64,000 nt of DNA from Lama guanicoe (taxonomy: Eukaryota). Both the position numbers and the translations under genes were made by a program. Under the pieces are notes generated by a model. The model did not search any database. It saw only the letters and a program-made list of their open reading frames with translations, and had not been told where the DNA came from. This document shows, piece after piece, positions 37,816-49,452 of this stretch. Every line of letters begins with the position of its first letter. Position 1 is the stretch's first letter. The DNA lies in assembly GCA_013239625.1 (NCBI GenBank), contig MU054400.1:2330282-2394281 (forward strand), in the 5' to 3' direction.

Positions 37816-38639
37816 TAAAGCATATTTTCTTAACATCAGCTCTGTGATGGTATACTTACCCTAGTTCAGTGTTCATGAGCATTGCATTTTATATTCCTTT
37901 ACTAGTCCATCATTCTGACTTCCTACTGATTTAAACTCACTTTCTCTCAAATCTGCCCTAATGAATTAAGCATTTTTTTGGCTGTGAGATGTTCCTACTT
38001 GCTATTAGAGGATTTGCTTGTTAGACGAGATTCCTTTTGGTTGTTTTGTGAGAGGAACTTTTGATTCTTGTTTTGATTTGTATTAGCCCCAAACTCTTAT
38101 TTCCCTTCTTGAGTAGGCTTTTTCCTGTTCCTTTGTCCTCTGCCAGTTTGGTTTCTACAGTCAAAAGATCTTTGCTTGCAGTTTCTTGATTTGCATCCTT
38201 TGCCAGGCAGGTACGAAGTGTGTCGGAATAGTTTGCTGGGAGAAATGCTGACCTGGAATGGAGGCAGAGCCCTGCTGTTTGTTGCGGGAGGAAATGCTGC
38301 AAAGACAATGGAGTTGGGTTTTCTGTGGACTGGCTCAGGGTCAGAGGTAAAGCGAAAACGTATCCTTGATGGAAATCCAAGCTATCTGCTGGGATGGGAA
38401 AAGGAAATAAGAATTATGAGGAAGGAGCCATCTCTGCAGCCAGAATCCTTACCACATTGTTTGGAGTCTGTTAGGGGAGCAGCCACTTCTGTTTCAAACA
38501 GTGTCAGATTCTAACAGGAATTTTGTGTGCTGGAAGGGAGACTTTTTGCTGTTGCTTTCTCTTCTTATGTTAGCACTGTGTACATGTTTCTTTTAAAGGA
38601 AACTAGGATGGTCTTGCATAAAGCTTGGAGGGTGTGCAA

Positions 38640-39065
38640 AATTTATCGTGGCTTTGTTTGGAATAGCAGGACCCTGGAAACAACCCAAATACACACGAAT
38701 ATGGGATCACTTAGATAAACTGTCACATGTCCATAACAGGAAATATACAGCCTTTAAAAACATTAAAACAAAAGACAGGGCATGTCGTCTCTCCATATAC
38801 CGATATGAAAATCTCCAAAATATACAGTTAAGGGTAAAAAAAAAAGAACCATGAGATGGTAAGAACAGAGAGTATGGTAAGCATTGGTGTATGATTACTT
38901 GAATATATGTTTATATACACGTGTGTAGGTATAGAAATCTCGAAGGATGCAAAAGAAACTAGTAGCATTAGTTGCCTTTATGGGAGAGAGAAGCTTGGGA
39001 GATTGACTATTTCTATCCGGTATCTTTTTGTTCTCTTTGAAATGTTTTACTTTGTGTATTGCATA
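38640..39065 (+). mobile_element. Ancient L1ME-like 3' end
   Basis: 'gctttgtttggaatagcagg...ctggaaacaacccaaat...agataaactg'. Confidence 0.65.
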
Positions 39066-39946
39066 TTGACGCAAACAACGAAACAACGAAATTCAGAGAT
39101 AAGCATACGCTCAACCAGGTAGAGGAAGAGCACTGTGAGGCATAGCTGCAGAATGCACCCGGGGGCTTCCAAGAGGAGGTGCACCCAGTCTGGCTTGGCT
39201 GTTTAGCCGCAAAGGGGCTGCAGCCACCATGCTCCGGCCCCGAACCCCTTGCACCTCGCTCCCCAGGCTGGGCGGCCCCATGGGATGAGACATTCACTCC
39301 TGAGGGCCTCTCTAATGGCCACGTCCCTGCAGGATGCTAATTGACTGAGGTTTGGGGGCGACCAGAGCCCCAGTCTCTGCCAAATTTCTTCTTCCGGCCG
39401 CTCGATGGCGGTCCCCCAAGCCATTCATTTTCAGTTTATGAAAACACTGGGGTGGATTTAGCTTTTCCTTTGGGAAACAAAAAACAACACAAAGGGATCT
39501 TCTTTCAAAATAGTGGGCATTTGAAACCGGTGCTGCAGCTGCAGGGACTATCTCAGTCTCAAGCATTTCGTTTTCTGAAAGTGCTTTAAAAAGATGCTGG
39601 AGAGGGAGCCCTGAGCGCTTTTGGAAGTGGAGGACTTTGAAAGCCTGTATTTATCTGCCCTTTGCAAAAAATCAGTTCCTCTGGGTAGAACTTATCAATC
39701 TTTTCACGTCATGGCACACACAAAAAATGACGTTATTTGAAAAGCACTTGGTGTAAAACCAGAGGGAATTCGAGAGCATTTCTCTGAGGCCTATTTAAAA
39801 ATTAGTTTCTTTATGTTATAGAATTATGATAAATAATATGTATATAGTATTAGAGAAGATATTGTATTTGTTTAGAACTTCCAAATAAAATCTGTTCAAA
39901 ATTTTAAATGAGAAAATCAAGCCTGTTTCCATGAATATAACTTTTT

Positions 39947-40368
39947 CTTTTATTATTGAAAAACTTCAAACATGTTCAAATAAAGAGAATAGTGTAATGA
40001 CCACTTCCCCTCCATCACACATCTAGGACCTAGATTAAACAGTTATCATCATTTTGCCTTTTTGATTTCATCTACTCCATCCTCCGTTTTTTGCAGGAAT
40101 CTTTAAACGCACATCCCAGGCATCATCTTTATTTCCTCTGAAAATACTTAAGTCTAAATCTCTAACGGATAGGACCTGAAGAATAATCATGATACCATTA
40201 TGACCTTCAATAAGTTAGAATAATTTCCCAGTATTATCTGAAATCCAGTGCAGGTTTAGTTTTCTTCATTTGTCTCAAAAATGTCTTCTTACTGTTGGTC
40301 TGCTTGAGTCAAGATCAAAACAAAGTTTCAATTGATGAATATGTCTTTTAAGCCTCCTTGCATCTATA
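39947..40368 (-). mobile_element. L1MC5-like 3' end
   Basis: 'ttattgaaaaacttcaaacat..caaa..aagagaatagtgtaatga...tttcttcatttgtctcaaaaatgtc'. Confidence 0.75.
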
Positions 40369-40429
40369 CATGGACATAACTTTTTTCTATATATTAAATT
40401 TTATTTATTCATAAATTATACCCTGTGTA

Positions 40430-41299
40430 TTTTTAAAAAGAGCTTTATTGAGATATAATTCATATGCTGTGATAGGCTGAAAACGACCCCTTTTACCCTC
40501 TTCTGAAACATTAGGCTTTAATTCCTGGAACCTGTGTTACCTTACATGGAAACAGGATTTACAGATGTAATAAATTTAAGGATCTTGAAATGGGGAGATT
40601 ATCCTGGATTACCAGAGTAGGCTCTAAATGAAGTCACATGTATCTTTATAAGAGGTATATTTGGCATACTGAAGGCTACATGACAGTGGAGCAGAGAGAG
40701 ATTTGAAGATGCTGGCTGATCAGAGTGATGCAGACACAAGCCAAGGAAAGCCAGCAACCGCCAGAAGCTGGAAGAAGCAAGGGATGGATGAATTCTTCTT
40801 CCTGGATCCTCCAGGGGGAGCATGGCACCGCCAACACCTTGATTTCAGCCCAGTGTTACTGACTTAGGGTTTCTAGCCTCCAGAACTCTGAGAGAATACA
40901 TCTGTATTATTTTAAGACAACAAGTTTGTGGATTTGTTACAACAGCTACAGGAAAACTAATACACATGCCATAAAAATCACCTGTTGAAAGTGTATCATT
41001 CAATAGTTTTTAAGAGTTGTGCAACAATTACTGCAATCAGTTCTAGAACATTTTATCAGCCCATAAAGAAACTTTAAACCCATTAGCAGTCATTCTTATT
41101 CCCTCCAACCTCCCAACCTTAGGTGACTACTAGTCTACTTTCCATCTATAGATTTGCCTGTTCTAGATATTTCATATAAAGGGAATCATACAACATACGG
41201 TCTTTTGTGTCTGACTTCTTTCACTTAGCCTAATATTTTCAAGATTCATCCATGTTTTTAGCATCTATCTGTATTTCATTCCTTTTTATTGCTGAATAG
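40430..41299 (-). mobile_element. L1MB-like 3' end, interrupted by an MLT1D LTR
   Basis: 'agctttattgagatataattcata' resumes after the LTR as 'ccataaaaatcacctgttgaaagtgta...tttttattgctgaatag'. Confidence 0.9.
40468..40964 (+). mobile_element. MLT1D-like solo LTR
   Basis: TG...CA termini, 'taaggatcttgaaatggggagattatcctggatta', 5-bp TSD tatgc/catgc. Confidence 0.93.
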
Positions 41300-41873
41300 G
41301 AACATAACTTTGTAATATCAACGTATAAGCTTAAAATATCTGTGAGAAAACCCTGATCAACACCTTTTTAAAAAAATAGCAATCTTCTCAAAATATTGGT
41401 ATTCACCATCGAAACTTTGTAGGTACAAACCAGTGATTAAAAGTGTTTAATCTATTTTTAAAGCCATTCTAAAATTTGTAATGGTTGACATTCTTTTTAA
41501 AGAACCTAACAGCTCATTCTTTGCTCTTTTTGACAAATGTGATGTTGGAAATTCTTGTGATAATGTGAATGGATTTCAAGTCCAATAGAAGTTTATCACA
41601 GCAAGTGATTCAAGATAATGATGAAGCTCTGTTAGCGCTTGGACACAACCTGAGAGGGCGTGGTAGCCACACATGGGAAGAAGTACAGGATAGATGTGAA
41701 GACAAAGGCGGGGCCGCCCCTGAAGCTGGTGTGCCAGCAGCCTCAGCTCAGCCTTCATTGATCTACTGCATGTTTGCCCTCCTCCTTCTGTAGCAGCTGC
41801 AATAGCCCTTGATCATGGCAGAGGTGTGCCTCAGTGGGCCGCTGAAACAGACAGCCAGATGGTAGGGCATCTC

Positions 41874-42387
41874 TATAATAAGGAAGAACAAATCTGACTC
41901 CATATTGGATGTGTCTCTTTTATTTTAACCTTTATATGAATTGCTTTTGCTACATGTTAATCACTAAAGGGGTGTTCCCCATAACTTAAAGTATACATAA
42001 TGGCCAATATCCAGGAACTCTGCCTCCTATGCTTGAATGTTAAGCTAAGATACTTTGTTCAGCTCACAAGAAACATCCTGACCAGACCCAACTATGAATG
42101 GCTGCAGGAAAGAAGAAATTAGCACATCCCCTCTGGATTCTGGCTGAAACCAGGAAATATTTACAACAACCTGTCACCTCTCCTCACCCACCCCTCCCCA
42201 ACCTTTGTTTTATAAAAGTGAAAGACTAGCATCCAAACTTGGGCAAGATGGTTCTTTGGGACACTAGTCCACCAACTTCCTGGTCTGCTGGTCTTCTGAA
42301 TAAAGTCACTATTCCTTGCCTAACAACTTGTCTCTCGATTTATTGGCCTGTTGTGTTACAAGTGGTACAAGCCTGGACTCAGTAACA
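41874..42387 (+). mobile_element. ERV1 solo LTR
   Basis: 4-bp TSD tctc (41870-41873 / 42388-42391), TATAAAA at 42211, AATAAA at 42299, ends 'agtaaca'. Confidence 0.88.
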
Positions 42388-42909
42388 TCTCCTTGGTCTT
42401 GCTCATCCTATCGCAGTGGAACAAGGACTCTGGGTGTCTCATGTGTCCCTCATTGTCCCCACCCTATCAGAGACCACTCCCCAGAGGCTGTCCTTTGAGG
42501 AGCCCTAGACCAGACTTCTCCAAGTCAGAGAGGTTCAGCAGCTCACTGTCCTCCATTCATGGTTTTCCCCGGGCACACCCATTGTAAAGCTCTGCTCTAG
42601 GTTGGCCATGAACATTTGGGGCCAGTGTGTGATGGGAATGGCAGGAGGGCACATAGAGTCACGCCTGGTTCTGTAGTCTTGTCAGATTTCTGTGGATCAG
42701 TGACTGTGCTATGGGCCTCTCATCTGTCTTCTTTCTGAACAGTAGTGTCATTGTGCTTATGTTATCCTTGCACTGACATTGTATGTTGGGAATTTGGGAA
42801 GCAGATAACTTGTCACATTACACAATAGGTCTTCTGATCAAGAGGAACTGATCCAAGGAGCTGTACCCAAGGAAGCCTATCTTCAGGCAGAACTAATCTA
42901 TGAGAAAAA

Positions 42910-43090
42910 TTAGAACAGAAGATGCCTCTGAGGGTGGGGTGAGAAATGAGTGTTCAGTGGGCACAAGAACTCCCTGGGATAGGGGAGATGTTCTGCATGT
43001 TAATGGTGATGATTACATAGGTCTATACCTTTAGTAAAACTTGTTAAATTATAAGCTTAAGATACATGCATTTTACTCTGTATACATTTT
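42910..43090 (+). mobile_element. L1M 3' terminal fragment
   Basis: 'gggcacaagaact...atgttctgcatgtt..tggtgatgattacatagg...tgcattttact'. Confidence 0.7.
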
Positions 43091-43149
43091 GCTTCAATTA
43101 AAAAACTGCAAATGTAGAAAAGCTATATGGATGAGTGTTTCCTAGACCT

Positions 43150-43450
43150 CATCATTTAGGTCTTAGTTCAAATGTCACCTCCTCAGAGAGACCTGCCCTG
43201 ACCAGCTGTGGTTGCCTTGTTCTCAGTCTCCATCATGTAACTTATTTTATTCATAGTGCTGATCTATACCCAAAACCTCATTGAAAAAATGATTAATCAG
43301 TTAATTAATTGGTCGGTTGTCCCATCACCTTCTACTACTGTGTAAGCTCTATGAAAACAGGGACTATGTCTGCTTTTTGTTCACAGCTTTATCCCCAGTG
43401 CCTGATATGTCACATTTGCCCAGTAAAAATTTGTTGTTAATGAATGAATA
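43150..43450 (+). mobile_element. L2 3' end
   Basis: 'tcaaatgtcacctcctcagagag...tgtaagctctatga..acagggac...cagtgcctg...aatgaatgaat'. Confidence 0.88.
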
Positions 43451-44519
43451 ATGTACACAAGGGCAGAAAAGTTAAACTGACTAACATAGATTAAGTTCCT
43501 TCTGTTTGAAGAACATAGGATGCCTAGTATACAAGGGAGCTTACCGTCATCAAAGGAACCAGTCATCCAGTTTTGCCATTCCTTTGATAAAAATTTGCTA
43601 GGTGCCTCCTGTGTGCCAAGGGCTGGACTGAAGCGTTGCATAACAAGATAAATACAGCCAGATTATTAGTTTAATGGGAAGGGTCAGGCTGGCTACTGGA
43701 AGAGGGGCAGTCTCCTTGAATCTCCACATGCTTTGGAATATCTATCTTTAGGTCCATTTTACAGATGAGTAAAATGAGTTTTTCTTTCAAGAGTAGTAAC
43801 TGCCTGTTAAAGAATGAGACAATCAAAATCAGAGCCCCAGGAGACTAGTTTGGACCTACCCACCATGGGGAAAGAGATGCTTCCCCCACAATAGCAGCTC
43901 CCGTTGTATATTTCCTACAAGGAAAGTCAAACCTTGGCTGTTAAATTTTATTTTTCTTAAGAAACATTCTTTTATAATTGTTTTCTAAGATTTATAGGCT
44001 TGCCATGCAATTTGTGGTTGTGGAAGAATTTTAGGCAAATGTTTTTAAAGGTTACCCATTGATTGATTAATTGCTTCCAAAACAATCTATTGAATAGACC
44101 TTTATCTGAAAAATGCTTTCTTTAGTCCTCACGGTCACCCTCTCTCAGAAACTGGAACTCATCACAGTCACAATCACTAGCCCTCTCCCCAAGCACTTCC
44201 TGATCAATGAGAGTTCACACATTTCCTTCCCGGCAGAGCTTCAGGACAGAAATAGACACTAGCCAGCTTGGGCAGCATTATGAGCAACACTTCCAGGAAG
44301 TAAGCAAACAGTTGGTCTCTGCGTCCAGGAAGGAAGAGTAGGAGAAAGCAGATTTAAATTTTAACAGGGACAACAGGAGCTGGACATAAATGACAGCTGA
44401 CTAATACTAGAAGACTTCCTTAATTGGGCCTAAAAGGAGCAGTGAACTAGGCAGCTATGCATGGAATGATTTGAGTGTATTTCTGTCTAGAAGCAAAGAA
44501 GAGATTTATGACTTCTTTA

Positions 44520-45430
44520 TTTTTTTTAAGTTTGTTTATTTTAAGATTATGAAAGTAATACTTGCTCATTGTTTCGATTTGGAAAACACAGAGGAGCACA
44601 TAAAAGATAAATATTTCTCATAATCCTACTACCCGGTCATAGCCACTATTAACAGATTGATGTATTTCCTTGCAGTTGTTTTCATATATATAGTATGCAT
44701 AATTTTGCATCTTGATTTCTCTCATTTAGCATCTTCCCACATTATTAAATATCCCCCAAAGCCTATTTTTAATGGCTATAATCTCTTGTAAGAATGTATC
44801 ATAATTACTATTACCATATCCTTATTTGAGTCAGTTTAGGTTGTCTACAATTTCTCAATATTATAAATAAGAGCTGAGATCAAAAGCTTTACATATAAAT
44901 ATTTCTCTACATTTCTGATTGCTTCCTTGGACTAGACCCTTCTAGGAGCTCTTCTTAAGGTGTGACACTCTAACCAGCTCCATCAGAATCAGATATAAAC
45001 GCAGGTCGGGAGTCCCATCCTGCACCTGCAGAATCTGAATCTTTGAGATCAGGGCCCAGGAATCTGCCTTTTAAATAAAAGTTACAGAGATTTTTTAGGC
45101 TCACTGAAGGTTAAGACTCATAACTCTAAGAGGAATTACTGAATAGAAAGCCATGCATATTTAAATTTTAGGTTCTTGACACACAGTGTCAAACTGCTTT
45201 CTGAAAGCCTTGTATACTTTATACTCCCACCACAGCATATGAAGGTGCTCAACTCACCAAACTCTTGAAATACATCTTTGTTAATTTGATGGGTGAAAAA
45301 TGGTGGCTTCATGAAATTTTTAATGGATGTAGTATTTGTTAATATTACAAGTAACTTGTGATCATTTTTGTTCAGATAATGTCCGATTTTTCTACAGTTA
45401 TATATTCTTATAATTTTAGAACTCATTCTA
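44520..45430 (-). mobile_element. Ancient L1ME-like fragment containing a MER5 insertion (~44945-45125)
   Basis: 'tttaggttgtctacaattt...tactcccaccacagcatatga' flanking MER5 core 'ctgaatcttt...gggcccaggaatctgccttttaa'. Confidence 0.7.
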
Positions 45431-45509
45431 TGAAAGTACTTGATGGTGTTTTATTCTTTTAATGCATCAATATGTTTCTATTTTAAGTACATCTCTCACA
45501 TTTATTTTC

Positions 45510-45630
45510 ATTCAAATGTCAGTTCCTTGAGTGCAAGAACTTTTGTTCTGATTTGTTCGTGGCTGTATCCCCAGCACCTATAATAGTGTCAAAGACACAG
45601 TAGTCTCTTAATAAGTATTTTCCAAATTAA
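45510..45630 (+). mobile_element. L2 3' end fragment
   Basis: 'aatgtcagttccttgag..caagaac...ctgtatccccagcacct..aatagtg...cagtag..tcttaataa'. Confidence 0.75.
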
Positions 45631-48600
45631 TAGACAGGTGACATCTCTATATGTGTTTCCCTTTTGCCATGAAAACACGCACACACATCACTGTGCGCAT
45701 ACACACACGTGGCAGCAGCAAGGCCAGCTCTACTCAGTAATCTTGCTTCATGATTTCAGGTCCCTTTCTGACCTGAGGTTCCATGACTTGCTTCTCTCTC
45801 TTTGGTGACCCTATTCCAAGAGATACCAGCAGCTGTGAAGGCAGGAGTTCTTTGGTCGATGAATAAAAAAATGGATGTGAGTAAAGTAAGTTTGCTGACC
45901 AGCATTGCTTTCTCCCCTTACCTCATCTGCAACAGATGGCCCCTTTCTGAAGGGCCCTGGCCTGCGTCTGCCTCAAGAATACAGAAGTGCAAGATTTGAT
46001 TTTCACTGCCTTGATTTTGGGCAATCTAATTTCAGTTTATAAGGCATCTTGTTTGGCCAAGCATTTCTGTGAGACCTGTGATAGGATTGCAAGCCAAAAG
46101 AAAGAAAGAAAGATGGGGGTGGGGGGAGAGAAAGAAAAAGAAAGAAAGAGGAAAGCAAGCAAGCAAAACCAACCAAGGTGATGTTGTCAAAGTGGTCATG
46201 CTATATGCGCATATTTAAAAAAGACACGTTACCATTTGTCTGAGCAAAATGTAGCCGTTTTACCTTAGAAAGGTTGCATTCTTCTTGACACATATGTTCA
46301 TGCTTCCCATGGGTCCCTTTCTGATGGTGGGACAAAAGAGCAGTGTTGAGAAGGGCTTGGTTCTGTGAGGTCAGCATGATCTGGTTCTTGGAGGTACACC
46401 CAGTACATTGCCATTAAGAGCTTCCTCTTATCTTCTAGGACTTTTGAAAAATAATAATAGGACCACAATTTAATGGCATGGGACCTACAGTCATTGACCT
46501 TCCTGACTAAGTCACTCACATTTGTGTAAACTTGAGGTGCCAACTTGAGCTTTGATGAAAATATGTCTTCTTTTATCTAAGTGTAAAATTGAAATACCTT
46601 GACCACCTCTTAGAAAAGGAACTATCGTCTTTGTTTTGTGTTGTTTTGTCTTGGTTATTTTGGAGGAGGGTGGCAGGTGCTGGAAAGAGAGATCAAGAAA
46701 GACGTGCACAAGTTTTGAGCACTTGCTAGAGAGGGAGCCGTAGGTGGCTGTGCTGCCGTTTTCAGACCACTGGCTGCAGAGGCGGGTCACCACTGCCTTC
46801 AAGCCTGTGCGCGTGTTTCTAGTTGAGAGCCTATGAACCCAAAATACCATCTTCAGGTGTCAATCTAAATCGCCTTTCTGATTCCAGTTTGTTCTTTAAT
46901 GAGTTTGGGTGACACATGCCTGTTTTTCCAGATAAAGAGATCCCCAGTTTAAGCTGACTTGAGAGGCTTCAGACTGGCAAAACTGTACATTAAGTCTCTG
47001 AGGCCACACACCCCATTACCCTGTGATCCTCCTCTCTCTCATCCCCCAGCTTCCTCCCCAAGCTCTGAAGTTGTTGGGATATAGACAGTGTACCTAGTGC
47101 TGTCCAGAAAGTAGAGATCCTCTGCCTTGTAATCTCAAAACTTGCCTATTAACTTGCTGAAAAAAAAATTTACTGGAACTTTTTCATACAATAGAATGGT
47201 CATAAATTAACTATGATCATGCAAGGATTGAAGAAATCTGAAATATATTGCCACCAAAGACAGGCAGCCTCCTTCCTTAAAGTGAGTTGAAGGCTGAAAA
47301 TAAAGATTTGTAAAGTCATAGAGAACTCGATTAATTGAAAGTCCATGAGTAACCAGGACTAAGCAAAATGCAACAGATTTTCCTTTCCCGTAGGTTCAAA
47401 GATGGCAATGCTGTTCTTTGAATTCCTCATTGTCTCATTCATCTAGAAGCATACCAGTCTTTAGGAGCTGGTGGGGAGCCCCTTGTTCTGTAAGTCCTTC
47501 TTAACATAAAAGGACAAAATTTAAAACCTCGCTCAAAGCCATCTCTAACGTTGGCAGGATTGCTGCCAATATCTTTTCCTTGCAAAGAATAAGGAAACGT
47601 AAAAACAGCAGCAGCACCTCTCCCAGGGTCCCCCAGGCCTTCCTTTGTAACTTCTTTCCTTTAATAAAGGGAAATTGGCGTGCTACATTGTGTCAGAGTT
47701 TGGGGCCCACGTAGACACGGATGGGAAGTAAAGAGTGACCGGCTGCTGCTACGCCAGGTGTTCGCTGATTGTAAAGCCGAATAATGGATAATAACCATCT
47801 CAGTGGGTTTATCAGTGCAGTTCGCTCTCTACGAGGCAGAAGAGGTCACTGGAGACAATGTGCAGGCCTCTCATCAGTCCTACTCATTAACAAGGCACTG
47901 CTAGCTGAAATTCAGGCGCCATTACTTACACACAACAATGGCGGGAACCCTGCGTCCAGGTGTAATTAGGCTTGATCAGGGCTAGGGTACAGTTGCTCTA
48001 ATCGGAATCGCTCAGAATTAATTTTATACTTGTGAAAGGATATGAGGTGAGATTGATTTAATGGTAACCAAAGCAACCCCATCTTCTATAACTCTCCGAG
48101 GGTAAGAGAGAAAAGAGAGAGAGGGAGAAGAGAGAGGAGGGAGGGAATGAGAAAAAAGAAGGCAAAGGAAAACAGAAAGATGACCATTTTAGTTCTAATA
48201 GTTTTATTGCAGCTCGTTAGAAGGAGATGTGTTTCAATGGGAACAAATATATTCTAGCAAGGTGATCACTGCCTGGGTCCTGGAAACCTTTGTAGTTCTC
48301 ATTATGAGCCTAAAGCAGATCCTGTGATGCTTAATTTCCTCTTCCTTGTGGTCCATTTCATATGTGTTTGGAAATAACTTGATTAGAGCAAGAATTTCAA
48401 TTTGCAGGAGGAGGAGGAAGATATTCAAGCTGGGCACTATTTCCTTTCTCTGGTAAGAATCAGTTCTTCAGCTTTTTACCTTTGGGACTGTATCTCAGAC
48501 CCAGTGCCACTGGCTTATATGAGAGCAAAAAGGAGATTTTGGAGACCTGTATGCGAAATAGTTTAAGAAGTTACAGAGATGTGGGAAGTGTAGTAAGGGG

Positions 48601-49426
48601 CTATATCGAATTCCTCACTAGTGAATGTTCATTTGATTTTTTTTTTCAGGTTAAAAAGATGGTTCTCTGGAAATATAATCTCACCTTTAAGGTTTGAGAT
48701 AAATGGTGCAGCGTGTATGCATATGCACACATTTCCATTTATGCACACACATGCAGATAATGGTACACATGATTTGCTCCATTCATATGTGTTTGATCTC
48801 TAATATTTAGATGTTGTAAGTGAAATATTTGCTCTGTCTCCTTTATCCCTCCTGGCAGATTTATGAATCTCTTCCCGTACCACATCAGCTTCACAAGTAG
48901 AAATATCACAGGCATTTTGAGGATAGGACACTGTTAAATTTGTTTCTTAAATACATCTCTGATGATTATGGGAATGAGAAAATGGCATGTAAATATTTTG
49001 AGTCATTTAAGTGAGTAGGAAGTGTTGAAGCAAAGACTCTCTCTTCCAGATTTAAAAAAAAAAAAGAATTTTCCAGTTATTTTTTTCTTGCTTTCTTGGA
49101 TATAACACCTAACATTTAAATAATAAAACTGTAATAAACCCATGAAGAAATCATTGAGGTGAAATCAGTCCGTATTATTGTACATCTCACTAGGTAGACT
49201 TTTCATGTTTCAGATTTAGTTTTTATGTCACTTGTTGAAGATTTGTGGTTTGAATAAAGCATCAAAATTAGCCCAAATTCATTTTTATTCCCTTGGAGCT
49301 GGAAATGTTACAATACCTTAAAAAACATACTTCAGATATATTGCTTTCATTGTTTTTCTTTTGGCTTTGGTAGCGTACCCATTACCCAATGTAAGAAGAA
49401 AAAAATGCATTACCAAACATCTTTGT

Positions 49427-49452
49427 TGTGTGTGTTGTGTGTGTGTGTGTGT
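49427..49452 (+). repeat. Imperfect (TG)n microsatellite
   Basis: Direct read. Confidence 0.85.
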
